In this document: piece by piece, positions 53,192 through 63,409 of the stretch
Position numbering within the stretch: the stretch's first letter is position 1
Layout: each line of letters starts with the position of its first letter
NCBI GenBank assembly: GCA_963843555.1
Contig: CAWJKV010000010.1
Coordinates: 32,001 to 96,000, forward strand
Reading direction: 5' to 3'
Length of the DNA: 64,000 nt
DNA from: an uncultured Methanosarcinales archaeon
GTDB taxonomy: Archaea; Halobacteriota; Methanosarcinia; Methanotrichales; Methanotrichaceae
Notes under the pieces: generated by a model
What the model saw: only the letters and a program-made list of their open reading frames with translations
What the model was told of the DNA's origin: nothing
The model's database searches: none
Program-made: the position numbers and the translations under genes

Positions 53192-53575
53192 CTACCAGAG
53201 CACAATATACACGTTGTCTCCTTCTTTCCTGCCCTTTAGGAGCTGGCAGTGGCGGAGGATGGCGAACTGGTTCTCCAGCTCCGTCGCCGGCAGCTTGAAT
53301 CTCTCCATTAGTTCTCCCTTGGTGGCTTTTCCTTTCTCCTGGATGTACTCATAAATCTCCTTTTGCAGATCCGTCAGCCCTTCAGTTCCTTCCAGGCCGT
53401 GGCTCTTCCGGAAGATCTTCTTTGACCTTTCTCCCCAGGGATCACAGACCCTGATTCTGTGGCCCACATCGATGTAGCAATCCTCGCAGAGGGTCTTGCC
53501 CTCTGTCGCGAAGACCTCCTCCTCCGAGACCTCTTTGCCGCAGTTCTGGCACTTTATACCTTCCAGCATTTCCAT
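53192..53575 (-). CDS. Zn-finger plus winged-helix small protein
   Basis: CQNC...LCEDC, CDPW and LTDLQKEIYEYI...FAILRHC. Confidence 0.75.
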   Translation of the reverse strand: MEMLEGIKCQNCGKEVSEEEVFATEGKTLCEDCYIDVGHRIRVCDPWGERSKKIFRKSHGLEGTEGLTDLQKEIYEYIQEKGKATKGELMERFKLPATELENQFAILRHCQLLKGRKEGDNVYIVLW

Positions 53576-53769
53576 TCATCTCTTCATTATGTCTACATCA
53601 TTATTACATTCAGTTCTGCTCTTAAGTTATTGCTCCCTGACTGAAAAGGCATCTCATCTCCGGCAAGATCGTTCGCATATCAATTACTGAATTATTTTGG
53701 CGATATAGTGCCATGATAATGTTTTTAACGAAAAGTTCTAATAGAAAAACCCTACTAAGATAGGAATAT

Positions 53770-54474
53770 ATGCGAGCGTGCTTGATAATAATACTAATTC
53801 TGATCCTGGGATTTGCTAACGCTGCCAAAATAACAGTGGGGCCAAAGGATGCAAACTATTCTGTAATTCAGCAGGCAGTGGATAACGCCAGCGCAGGAGA
53901 TGTTGTTGAAGTTCAGAGTGGAGTCTATCGGGAGAACGTCTACTTCTTCAATATGCCGGTAACACTCTTGGGGGTTGATACCGGCAAGGGATTGCCTGTA
54001 GTGGATGCAGGGGGATCTTCAAGTGCCATCACTATATTATCCAATGACACGACGATTAGTGGCTTCAACCTCACAAACTCGGGCCATTGCGGATGCGGGA
54101 ACGCCGGAATACTGGTGGAGTCATACAATAATACTATCCACAATAACGTCATTTTCAAGAATAAATACGGCATATTTGTCCGGCCTGGAAAGACGAATAA
54201 TACTTTCCTGTCAAACGACCTCCTGGAAAACGAGATATCTGCAAATGACACGAGCGGCAATCGATGGAGTGAAGAGGAGAAGGCAGGGGGCTTGCAGGGT
54301 CTTTTAGAATTCATAACCGGGGCGAAGGTTATAGGAAACCATTACAGTGATTATGATGAGCCGAGTGAAGGCTGCAATGACACCAACAACGATGGATTCT
54401 GCGACCTTCCCAGGAAGATCGGAGACGGTCCGAATGCCGACAACTATCCGTCGGTCTCCCCTCTAAATATTTAG
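53770..54474 (+). CDS. Secreted NosD/CASH beta-helix protein
   Basis: IQQAVDNASAGDVVEVQSGVYRENV, GNHYSDYD and DNYP. Confidence 0.85.
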   Translation: MRACLIIILILILGFANAAKITVGPKDANYSVIQQAVDNASAGDVVEVQSGVYRENVYFFNMPVTLLGVDTGKGLPVVDAGGSSSAITILSNDTTISGFNLTNSGHCGCGNAGILVESYNNTIHNNVIFKNKYGIFVRPGKTNNTFLSNDLLENEISANDTSGNRWSEEEKAGGLQGLLEFITGAKVIGNHYSDYDEPSEGCNDTNNDGFCDLPRKIGDGPNADNYPSVSPLNI

Positions 54475-54577
54475 CCGCAATCCTTCGGCGGATCCTCCAA
54501 TAATCCTGGGACCGGTTAGATTATACATGTTCGCATGAGTGCATAATACGTCTTCGAATGCAGGTAAATAGGAATCC

Positions 54578-55474
54578 TCATGCCATATCTCCATAAAATT
54601 TTAAGACTGTGTATGCGTTCCCAACAACCTGTATTTCTGATACACCAAAGAACTCCCTATTCCAATTGGTGGGGAGGTATCTTGCGATCGCTAACGCCGC
54701 CCCACTTATTAAAAATGTTATGAAAAAAAACAATCTCTTTTCAATGAATGAAAAAGCACCGACCAGTAAGCAGATCAGGGACACAATCGCCATTGCATTT
54801 CCCCAGCCAACGTGTTTCAGTCCGCCCGTAATCTGGATTGTGCTGTCATCCACTCTCTCTGCAAGCAACATGATACTATTCATGTTAATAGCCATCGATT
54901 CTTCCACTCGATTATTGGTGCCTACAACGGTTGACGGATTTTCAAAATCGAATTGCGCTCCATTGTCTGTCATAACTACCAAAGGAAGATCGAAGCTTCC
55001 CAAGAAGCTTCCACTCGTGTGCTTGCCATCGACTATATACTCAGATACAAGTTCAAGCGGTTTGATTTTGCTGACCAATGCGACTTTTTCCGAGTCGGAT
55101 GGAACTTTGACAAGCCTTGCCAGATTAACCAGGTCGCTGGCAGCTTGAGCGGAGTCAAAAGTTCTTAACCGATTCAAGGCGTCTTTACCGTTGCTGAAAA
55201 TATACTCGTCTACGACCTCTGGGAAAATATTCTGCCCCGGCGTCTTGTAGCGATTCTTAATTGCTTTCTTCAACTCGGCAACGCTCACCAGGAACACTAG
55301 ACCAAGGATTTCTATCTTGTTCTCGACGGTAATAATTTTGGGATTGCGAAGCTTTAAGACTCTCGCAGAAGCTTTTCCGCCAATCTTTCCAGAGGGCAGA
55401 TCTGATGCGGAAGCAAGTGTTATTGCATGAATCTCTTTATCTATCAAATTGGAAATCTCCTGGATTTCATTCAT
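54578..55474 (-). CDS. Hypothetical protein with two C-terminal TM helices
   Basis: GAGGTGA RBS before MNEIQEI, with hydrophobic helices near the C-terminus. Confidence 0.65.
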   Translation of the reverse strand: MNEIQEISNLIDKEIHAITLASASDLPSGKIGGKASARVLKLRNPKIITVENKIEILGLVFLVSVAELKKAIKNRYKTPGQNIFPEVVDEYIFSNGKDALNRLRTFDSAQAASDLVNLARLVKVPSDSEKVALVSKIKPLELVSEYIVDGKHTSGSFLGSFDLPLVVMTDNGAQFDFENPSTVVGTNNRVEESMAINMNSIMLLAERVDDSTIQITGGLKHVGWGNAMAIVSLICLLVGAFSFIEKRLFFFITFLISGAALAIARYLPTNWNREFFGVSEIQVVGNAYTVLKFYGDMA

Positions 55475-55478
55475 GGCT

Positions 55479-55976
55479 TCACCTCTCCAGGATGACAAGA
55501 TAGAACGGACCGCTCATGTACACCGTCCCCGTTTGGCGATATGTCCGATCGTCTATTTGCACTATGTCGGGATCCTTTCTGGGTAGGATCTCTAAAACCT
55601 CCGACCGGGTATCGAGGTCTTTTGTGACATCAGAGTACTTTGCTCCGGTTATTGAAGTCTCACCGCCCTTCACGTAAAGGATATCCGGGTCTCTGGCAGA
55701 CTGCAAAACCATTTCGCTCTCCGCCATATTCACTTCGAGATTTTCTGGATTATCTATGTTGCTGCATGTCAATTGTCTCCCCTCGAAAGAATCGCCGAAT
55801 CCCGAGATTTTTATGGACAGCAATTCGCCGGCCCCGGCAACAATGATTGCTTTCCTTGCAAAAAAGTATCGAATCGGAGAGGACTTAAACTCGAAATCCA
55901 TGCATGCCGCCAATCGTCGAGCCGTTTCCGTATCGATTTGTCCATGTGACGCAAATTCTATTAGCTCTTGCCTCAT
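55479..55976 (-). CDS. Hypothetical protein
   Basis: 165 aa with GGAGTGA RBS, ending 4 nt before the next gene. Confidence 0.65.
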   Translation of the reverse strand: MRQELIEFASHGQIDTETARRLAACMDFEFKSSPIRYFFARKAIIVAGAGELLSIKISGFGDSFEGRQLTCSNIDNPENLEVNMAESEMVLQSARDPDILYVKGGETSITGAKYSDVTKDLDTRSEVLEILPRKDPDIVQIDDRTYRQTGTVYMSGPFYLVILER

Positions 55977-56189
55977 AGTATCACTCCTTTTCTCTCGTCA
56001 TAGAGGTTATATCTTTCTTTATTGATTCGATAGGGACAACTCCATAGGATAGAACCGGGCCACACAATCGTCAAAGACCTGCCACTGCAGCCCACCAGGG
56101 TCGTCAAATCGCATATCTCTTGAATTGAGATCTTATGAATCGAGAATTATTTGCATAGATTAATAAGTCATAAATGACAATATATTAGT

Positions 56190-57078
56190 ATGTCTGAAGT
56201 CAAAATTTTTTGGGATCCCAATGGTTTCGAATTAGCCACCCTGGGAGACAGGAATTTCCTGAAGACGACTGATGGCGATACACCATCTGTGTCAATCCCC
56301 ATTCGCATGCTCAGCATCGATGCTCCTGAATTGCATTATCCCGACAATAGGCCACCCTCCTCGCAAGATAGGAACCTGGCCCAATTGGCCGAATGGATTT
56401 TAGCTGGGAAGGCCCCCATAAAGAAGGAACTTGGCAAGTATTTATATCCCAAACTTGCCACGGGCACGGCAGGCACTCTACATGAAGAGCAGGGCAAAAA
56501 GGCCAAAGAGCATTTTGAAGAGCTGCTAGACAGGATGTTGGCTTTGCCAAATGGCAAAAAACGAAATGTGTTTCTTCGGGCGGCAGACGAACACTTCGAC
56601 CAATATGGCCGTCTTCTTGCCTACATGGCCCCTAATTACAGCTCCAAGGAATTAGCTACCATGTCCAGGAAAGATCGAGCAACTTTTAATTACTTAATGG
56701 TTGAGTCCGGCTGGTCGGCCACACTTCTCATATATCCGAGCATTCCCAGTTATCTAGATCTGGTTATGCTACAGGAGTCTGCTAAGGATGCCTATCAAAA
56801 GGAAAGAGGGGCCTGGTCCAGATCCGATGACTCTGACCGGCTATGAATACCGTATGTTGGTGAGGTTGTACGAAATCACCAAGCAGATAATTGAGGGAAA
56901 AATTATCTCTTCAAGAGAACAGTACAGTTGGATCGATCGATTCTGTGCAGATATGACTACCAAGGAGATATTCTATCCCCAGGATTACTATCTAGTGGAA
57001 CCTTACAACAGAATTTTCATCTGGCCGGAGGATGTGGCAGAGGCAGTTGGCAGTATGAACCTGGTCCCGCCGTTGTAG
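56190..57078 (+). CDS. Thermonuclease (SNase)-like nuclease, frameshift near 56820
   Basis: DGDT, IRMLSIDAPE, DQYGRLLAY and NYLMVESG. Confidence 0.8.
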
Positions 57079-57184
57079 TTCATAGTCTAACAGCAGATAA
57101 AGACCTTGACCAAAATCGCACGTGGGGATGAAAACGGACCTCAGGATAGGGGCACATTCGTTCCAGACAACCAAAAAGGAAGAA

Positions 57185-57889
57185 ATGCGAATTAAGATAA
57201 TTAAAGACGGTCCATATCGGGTTACAGGCGGATTACCACTATACGAACAGGTAATAGTAACTGATGAGTCGGGCCACACCCGGGAATTGATTGATAAAAA
57301 AGAATACCCCTCGAAGGATACCTATACCCTTTGCCGTTGCGGTGCATCAAAAGATAAGCCCTTCTGTGATGGAACCCACAGGGAGATCGGTTTTGATGGC
57401 AGTGAAACAGCCAGCAGAAAACCCTACCTGGAAAAAGCGGAAGTATTTGAGGGTCCTGAACTCAAACTGACCGATGCCCACGAACTCTGCGACCACTCCC
57501 GTTTCTGTCTCCGGTCTGGTGGGATAAGAAATCTCATACAAAAATCAGATGACCCAGAAGCTCGACAATCCGCTATTGAAGAGGCCATGATCTGCCCCTC
57601 GGGAAGGCTGGTTCTGTGGGATAAGAAAACCGGCAAATCATTTGAGAAAGATTTTGTTCCATCTCTGGTGCTGGTACACGACAAACAAAAAGGCTGTGAA
57701 GGCCCCATCTGGGTTCGCGGCGGTGTTCCCATTGAATCCGCAGATGGCAGCATGTATGAATCCCGCAACAGGGTAACCCTCTGCCGCTGTGGAAAGTCAG
57801 ATAACAAGCCCTACTGTGACGGCAGCCACTGGATGAACAGCCAACAGAAGCTCGAGTTCCGGAAGAAATGGGGGCTGGGCGATCTTTGA
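57185..57889 (+). CDS. CDGSH iron-sulfur protein (two CDGSH domains plus central Fe-S domain)
   Basis: LCRCGASKDKPFCDGTH, CDHSRFC...CPSG and LCRCGKSDNKPYCDGSH. Confidence 0.9.
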   Translation: MRIKIIKDGPYRVTGGLPLYEQVIVTDESGHTRELIDKKEYPSKDTYTLCRCGASKDKPFCDGTHREIGFDGSETASRKPYLEKAEVFEGPELKLTDAHELCDHSRFCLRSGGIRNLIQKSDDPEARQSAIEEAMICPSGRLVLWDKKTGKSFEKDFVPSLVLVHDKQKGCEGPIWVRGGVPIESADGSMYESRNRVTLCRCGKSDNKPYCDGSHWMNSQQKLEFRKKWGLGDL

Positions 57890-57954
57890 GCCTCTGCATT
57901 CCTTGCGAAGGGCAACGCAACGCTCATAAGCAAAGTACATAAACATAGAAAATT

Positions 57955-58255
57955 ATGTCATTATGGGCCCCAGATAATACAGCAAAGGAGGCAAGAGAGC
58001 ATTTATCCAGTTATAGAGCTAGTTGGATCGTCTCCTAACAGTTGGGAGGATGCGGCTAGAAATGCAATCGACACGGCTTGTGAATCCCTTTGGAACCTTA
58101 GAATAGGCGAAGTCACGGAACTGGACGTCAGGCTGGACGATAAGGGAAATATAGCCTCATATAGGGTTAAGATGAAATTTTCATTCAAATACGACAACTG
58201 GAAGGTAGAACTCGGCTGGAAGGCCGACAGGTGCAGGTCATCTCCGACTTCCTAA
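57955..58255 (+). CDS. Second dodecin, N-terminal frameshift
   Basis: SIYPVIELVGSSPNSWEDAARNAI...YRVKMKFSFKY. The ATG at 57955 is in another frame. Confidence 0.75.
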
Positions 58256-58516
58256 AACATATCGAGTTCCACGACTGACCCTATCTTCCTTCCATTGTCT
58301 TCCTCCATTATGCACGGTCAAGCTTTCAATCGCGGAGATCAAATGAATCTGGACAACGAAGACTCGACGACTTCTGAATTCCCGAAAACCGGGCATGCTG
58401 CATGAAGCATATCCCATCCTTTATGCCGAGATGGCAGCACTTAATATTTGATTGTATCAATTGCCTGGAGGATCTTTGTCTACAGTAGCGGAGGTCTCAG
58501 GAGAGCCCATGCCGGG

Positions 58517-58530
58517 GAAAGTTTTATCTC
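58517..58530 (+). promoter_or_regulatory. BRE/TATA-like element for tRNA-His
   Basis: GAAAG followed by TTTTATC, about 30 nt upstream of the tRNA. Confidence 0.45.
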
Positions 58531-58556
58531 CTCGCAGTAGACTCAAATCCTGGCGT

Positions 58557-58628
58557 GCCGGGATAGGGTAGTGGTTATCCTGAGGGACTGTGGATCCCTC
58601 GAGCTGGGTTCGAATCCCGGTCCCGGCC
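58557..58628 (+). tRNA. tRNA-His (GTG), no intron, CCA not encoded
   Basis: Acceptor stem GCCGGGA/TCCCGGC, anticodon arm AGGGA-CTGTGGA-TCCCT, T-loop TTCGAAT, discriminator C. Confidence 0.95.
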
Positions 58629-58710
58629 TAATAGTTTATGTGCAGCGATTGTTTTCTCTTTGATTTCCGGGATGGATAGTTCCCTCATGGATCGTCACTC
58701 TCGGGTCTAC

Positions 58711-59103
58711 TTACATGCTCACCGCTTTCTCGAAGGTGATGTGCTCTCCGGGTCCAAGCCTCATTTTAATACTCTGCCACTTGTTGAGATATTGAGCCAG
58801 ATCGCTCCAGAAGGCAGCCATCCAGATTCGTTGCTCATGATCGCTCCAGCTATCTATTGTCATATCCTGCGTTCGCACCATGGCCTTGACCCGCGATTCC
58901 ATATTGGCCATAGTTTCAATGATCTGCACCACAATGCCCTCGCCGTTTTCATCCTCGGCCACTATCAGCTCGAACTCTCCGATATTGATTATTTCTCCGG
59001 GGCCAAGTCTGCCCGCCCTGGCTTTGAGGGCACCCAAGGCAATGGCCCGGAAGATCTCCTCCTGAGAGAACATCTGCACCGCCTTCTTCCTCAGCTCAAA
59101 CAT
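58711..59103 (-). CDS. Hypothetical protein
   Basis: 130 aa with an AAGGA RBS and protein-like composition. Confidence 0.6.
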   Translation of the reverse strand: MFELRKKAVQMFSQEEIFRAIALGALKARAGRLGPGEIINIGEFELIVAEDENGEGIVVQIIETMANMESRVKAMVRTQDMTIDSWSDHEQRIWMAAFWSDLAQYLNKWQSIKMRLGPGEHITFEKAVSM

Positions 59104-59429
59104 GTTCCTTTGCTCCGAAATTTCTTCTTGGGATCGCTAAAAGTATTATAAGCAAGAAAACCAATATAAAATGCGGGGCTGAAGATCTCTGGAGAGGATC
59201 AAATACATGGGCTGCTTTGAGAATTATATGGAGTTTCGCGAGGAAGTGGATAATGTCAAAAAGGAGCGTGCGCACAAAGTGGCTCCACTATCACCAGATG
59301 ATATCTCCAATTTCGCCGCGGGATCATGAAGATATCAATAGAACGCGTTGGTTACGTCAGTTGTACAAAATTGCTGGACTACCGGTCTGGTGAATAGAAT
59401 GCTTTTCGCTCGATATTGGACTCCATGGC

Positions 59430-60479
59430 TCATCTAATATTTCTTTCACTACTCTGATCTGCAGTCAAATTGGTGTCACTTCCAGGAGGATGTGAAACAT
59501 TAACCCAGAGATGAAGGTCTCTGTAAGGTTCTGTAAAATTATCCTCTTTGTAGAGCAGGAGCTCCAGCTTTTGCTGTTCTCCGGTATTATTGAGAATGTA
59601 GGTCACGGGCCGCTCCCATGTCTCGTTGTTCTGTAAGGTCAGATTCATGCTCAGTATAATGCCATTGACCTGAGAATCATCTTCAAGTGATGGCGCCTCT
59701 TCTCTCGAAGAATTATTCCTCGGAATGTCTTGCATCAAAGTGCTGTTCATCGAAGTGTTATTCATTGAATTATCGTCTATCGAAGTATTATTCAATGAAA
59801 TTTGCATAGTGTAATTAACCTCCTCATATTCATGGTTCACCACACCCACAATCAATGTGCTCTTATTGCCTGCCTCGACACTTGTAGGGTAATCGTAGGC
59901 CTTTCCTCCCGCCCCCAGGATATAAAATTCCGTGAACTTCTCGCCCTGCTTGGGGGTTACTATGACGTAGACCAGAGCGGCGATGGAGGTTATTATGGCC
60001 AGTACTAATACTAAAGTCAGTGCTTTATCCAGCCGGCCCTTCTCATCTGCCAAGATCTCTCTTTTCAAAGAGCCAATATTTTCGCTGAATTGGATGGAGA
60101 ATCTTTCATCAGCAGGAAGATTCATGCGTCGCCAATAGGCTGCCGCCGCCATGGCGATGGTAAAGATGACCAGGGAGACGACAACCGGAGTAAGCCTGAT
60201 TCCCCAGGGGGTGTAATTGAGAGCGAGGCCCATGAGTGGGACCACCGCAATGCTCAAGCCAAAGCTCAGGGCAGTCCGCTCAATTCCTTCCAGATCCCCC
60301 ATCCTCGGAAAAAGAGCGGCAATGAGTGTATATCCCGGCACAAAGAGCACCATAACAAGGCCCAGGGGTATGCGCACAGGAAGATCATTCAGGGGCGTAA
60401 GAGTGAAGACCAACGTCGCCAGTGCTAGAACGATTGCCGCCATCAGGTCTGGAGGTACCGCCTCAAATTTCTTTTTCAT
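59430..60479 (-). CDS. DUF1616 membrane protein
   Basis: LFVPGYTLIAALFP, ERTALSFGLSIA, EKFTEFYILG...DYPT and PYRDLHLWVNV. Confidence 0.88.
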   Translation of the reverse strand: MKKKFEAVPPDLMAAIVLALATLVFTLTPLNDLPVRIPLGLVMVLFVPGYTLIAALFPRMGDLEGIERTALSFGLSIAVVPLMGLALNYTPWGIRLTPVVVSLVIFTIAMAAAAYWRRMNLPADERFSIQFSENIGSLKREILADEKGRLDKALTLVLVLAIITSIAALVYVIVTPKQGEKFTEFYILGAGGKAYDYPTSVEAGNKSTLIVGVVNHEYEEVNYTMQISLNNTSIDDNSMNNTSMNSTLMQDIPRNNSSREEAPSLEDDSQVNGIILSMNLTLQNNETWERPVTYILNNTGEQQKLELLLYKEDNFTEPYRDLHLWVNVSHPPGSDTNLTADQSSERNIR

Positions 60480-60481
60480 TC

Positions 60482-61603
60482 TTACCTACCGGGCTCAAGG
60501 CCGAGCAACTGCCGGATCCAGTCCAGGAGCATGCTAACGAAGCTCTTCCTCTGTATGGATTCGGATGCCTGGCTGGACGGGCTCTGTTTCGATGGGAGTG
60601 CAGGATGAAGAGTTGAGTTTTTGCTCGAATTATTCAAGGACGAGCCCATCCTTAAGATCATATCCTTCTCTCTGCATACCTTGCAAGCATCAGTTCCTCT
60701 GACCAGGCAATACTCCTCCTGGCAGTCGCCTGCCTCTTCTGTGAGCGGCTGACCCTGGGCTACTATCTCCCAGTAGCCTCCCGAGAGCCTCTTCTTGAGG
60801 AGCTTTTCGGCCATATCATACTGGCTGGAATTCACGACATTGAGGCCTATCTGCCGGGCATACCAATGGATCGTCTTCTGATTGATCTCCACCGGTTTTG
60901 TCCTCTGCCCGGTTGAGAATTCCTCACTCTTCGCCTTTCCGCTTTCCGATTTATTGGCACCGTCACTTCCGAAGCTCTCGGCTTTGCCTGTGAATGATGT
61001 CGATGTGGTGGATGAGTCTCCGCCTCCCAGGCGGATGATCTTCGAGTCCCCTGCCCCCTTGATCCTGTAATCACCGGCCGGAATGCCCGATGTATCGATG
61101 GCCAGATTATATTTTCCTGCCGAGTCGGCCTGAACCTGTGTCTGGGCCTCGACAGTTACGGGAATCTCTGTCGATCCCGGCAGAGCTCTTCCAAACATCT
61201 TCAGGTTGTACCTGCCCGGCGGCACATCGCTCTGAGAGATGCGAGCCGTTCCTCCATCTGCCTTAAAGCTCTTGGTGATCCAGATGCCTAACTTGACTCC
61301 TGCGTTGAAGTCCTCTACATTTCGAGCCGCAACACTGAAGCGGTTCGGCTTCTGAGGGATCTCCACCGTCGTTTCATACTCGTACTTTCCTGCCGTCACA
61401 GGCAGATTCATGGTGAAGCTGGACTGAAAGGAGAGCTGACTGCCTGGCTTCGCGACCCCGGTAAGAAGGATCTCTTGCCCGGGTGATACGCTGGCAGAGG
61501 ACAGTTCAAAAGAATGGCCGGGAGATATAAAAATAGAGGCAAAAATTGCGGCCAGGATGAGGGCGCTCTCCATCACCTTCGGCCAAACTATCCTCACCGT
61601 CAT
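60482..61603 (-). CDS. Secreted cell-surface protein
   Basis: Signal peptide and a beta-rich domain (IPQKPNRFSV, IDTSGIPAGDY). Confidence 0.7.
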   Translation of the reverse strand: MTVRIVWPKVMESALILAAIFASIFISPGHSFELSSASVSPGQEILLTGVAKPGSQLSFQSSFTMNLPVTAGKYEYETTVEIPQKPNRFSVAARNVEDFNAGVKLGIWITKSFKADGGTARISQSDVPPGRYNLKMFGRALPGSTEIPVTVEAQTQVQADSAGKYNLAIDTSGIPAGDYRIKGAGDSKIIRLGGGDSSTTSTSFTGKAESFGSDGANKSESGKAKSEEFSTGQRTKPVEINQKTIHWYARQIGLNVVNSSQYDMAEKLLKKRLSGGYWEIVAQGQPLTEEAGDCQEEYCLVRGTDACKVCREKDMILRMGSSLNNSSKNSTLHPALPSKQSPSSQASESIQRKSFVSMLLDWIRQLLGLEPGR

Positions 61604-61645
61604 TTGTCCTCTCCGATCTACAGCATAATATTTAATTTGTGGTCG

Positions 61646-62704
61646 TCAGATGGTTTGGTCGTTAAACTCGATCTCATCAAAATTGAAGGATCCATTCAGA
61701 GCTTTGGCGCTGATGGAGTAGCTGCCGGACGGGAATCCTGTGGTGTTTATAACCAGATTGAAGGGACCATCTACGACGAGCTTCTTCACCACAGACATCC
61801 TCAGATCAACCTCCGTAGCATTTTCTGAAGCATCCCCAAAGATCTTGACGTGATAGGATCCCTTAGGAGAGATGAGGTCGGTGTCCGCTCTGGCCAACCC
61901 AGAATTATCTGCTGGAAATTGTGAGCTGATCCAGGTGCGTTCCAGATCCCCCTGCAGCTTCATAAGGCCTACATTGATGTCCTTTACTGGCCTTGCCATA
62001 ACTGTGAAATTGTTGGGCTTCTTGGGCATAAAAATGCCTGGCATGCTGAGATCGTATCCGGTCTTGGAGCCCTTGACAACGACGGGCGTGGATAGAGGTG
62101 GCATGTTCAGTCCCACTATGTCGTACATATATCTTCCAGAAAATACAGGTACGGTGGTTTTGATGGAAAGCGTAAGGAGGAGCTCGCCCTTTCCTGATCC
62201 GGAGAGATTCTTGTCCGTATTCGCCGGGCCAACAAAATCGTGGGCAAGGTAGGGACGGGTCCGGTAAGCATCGTCCATCCTCACGATAGGAATCAGTCCC
62301 ATTGTTGCAGAACCCCATGTGAAGGATAGGTTGCCCAGGCGATACGGGCCATTCAGCAACTTCCTTTCGATGGTCTTGCCGTCAAAGGCCAGCTGCATGG
62401 TATGGTTGCCATAGGTGAGGTTCTTATGATCTGCCGACCACACAACTTCTCTATTATCTCTGTCATAGAGAAATCCGTGAAGGCTGTACTCCCCAGGATA
62501 TATTATGTTCACTCCCACATCGATATTCAGATACTCGAATAGACCATCGCCATTGATGTCCAGGCCGGAATCATTGTATTCTCCCGTCAAGCTGGCAAAT
62601 TCTGCGCCGTCAGGTATTATCTGGCCCGATGCAGCAGGAAGGCAGAATGCCAGCAGGAAGACCAAGGCAAGCCATGCCCCGCATGCAGCAGTAATGGATT
62701 TCAT
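61646..62704 (-). CDS. Secreted cell-surface protein
   Basis: Signal peptide, DINGDGLFE (Dx[DN]xDG-like) and a domain paralogous to 60482-61603. Confidence 0.7.
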   Translation of the reverse strand: MKSITAACGAWLALVFLLAFCLPAASGQIIPDGAEFASLTGEYNDSGLDINGDGLFEYLNIDVGVNIIYPGEYSLHGFLYDRDNREVVWSADHKNLTYGNHTMQLAFDGKTIERKLLNGPYRLGNLSFTWGSATMGLIPIVRMDDAYRTRPYLAHDFVGPANTDKNLSGSGKGELLLTLSIKTTVPVFSGRYMYDIVGLNMPPLSTPVVVKGSKTGYDLSMPGIFMPKKPNNFTVMARPVKDINVGLMKLQGDLERTWISSQFPADNSGLARADTDLISPKGSYHVKIFGDASENATEVDLRMSVVKKLVVDGPFNLVINTTGFPSGSYSISAKALNGSFNFDEIEFNDQTI

Positions 62705-62710
62705 CCTCCA

Positions 62711-63331
62711 TCAGGGAGCTTTTGCCTCTTGATACTGTCCTGTGTTTTGACAATAAACAGCACCGGGTGGCAGACCTGGCGTGGTGGAGATCTCCTTAGA
62801 CATCACATTTCCATTCTGGTCTACCTTCGTAGTCAGGGTATTGTCGGTTGCCACTGAAGCATCCTGTACGATTTCCGTCGTTGTGCCATCGGAATTGTTG
62901 ACCTCCGTATACTTCTTCAATCCGAAAGGCTCGAAAGTCTCCAGCTTCGCGACAGTGGTCCCATCCGCGCTATAAGTAATGGTCAGGACAGGCCCATTGC
63001 TTGGGGAGATGGTCAGGCTCTTAACAAGAATTCCATCCGGGCCGAAAAACTCTCTCAATATGGTACCGTCTTTGTTTTCATATGCAGTAACGTTGTAGAT
63101 GATGTCATCCTCTGTCACCTGCATCTTGGTCACATTAGAGCCTGCTCTGTCGAAATTCTCGCTTATTGCAAGCATATCCGCCTGCACGCCTTTCATTCTC
63201 GTTTGTAATTCCTCTAGAGAGGCGACCCTCTCCGTTTGATTCGTAGGCTGATCCTGAGCCCAGGCTAACTGGGTGAGGGCCAGCAGAACCAGGATTGCCA
63301 CGCAAGCACTGATACCCTTAACTCTTGTCAT
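62711..63331 (-). CDS. Secreted hypothetical protein
   Basis: AAGGTGA RBS, signal peptide (AWA/Q) and xDGT beta-hairpin repeats. Confidence 0.65.
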   Translation of the reverse strand: MTRVKGISACVAILVLLALTQLAWAQDQPTNQTERVASLEELQTRMKGVQADMLAISENFDRAGSNVTKMQVTEDDIIYNVTAYENKDGTILREFFGPDGILVKSLTISPSNGPVLTITYSADGTTVAKLETFEPFGLKKYTEVNNSDGTTTEIVQDASVATDNTLTTKVDQNGNVMSKEISTTPGLPPGAVYCQNTGQYQEAKAP

Positions 63332-63409
63332 AATTTTGTCACCTTATTTGATATATTACCAAGTCATCTATATATCTTTATTTGGGCAAACATGTTCACT
63401 CTTGGGCAT

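Noticed and set aside
59207..59397. Two tiny ORFs, one starting MKISIERVGYVS like a nucleotide-sugar dehydrogenase
   Set aside because: The resemblance is too short and degenerate to call.
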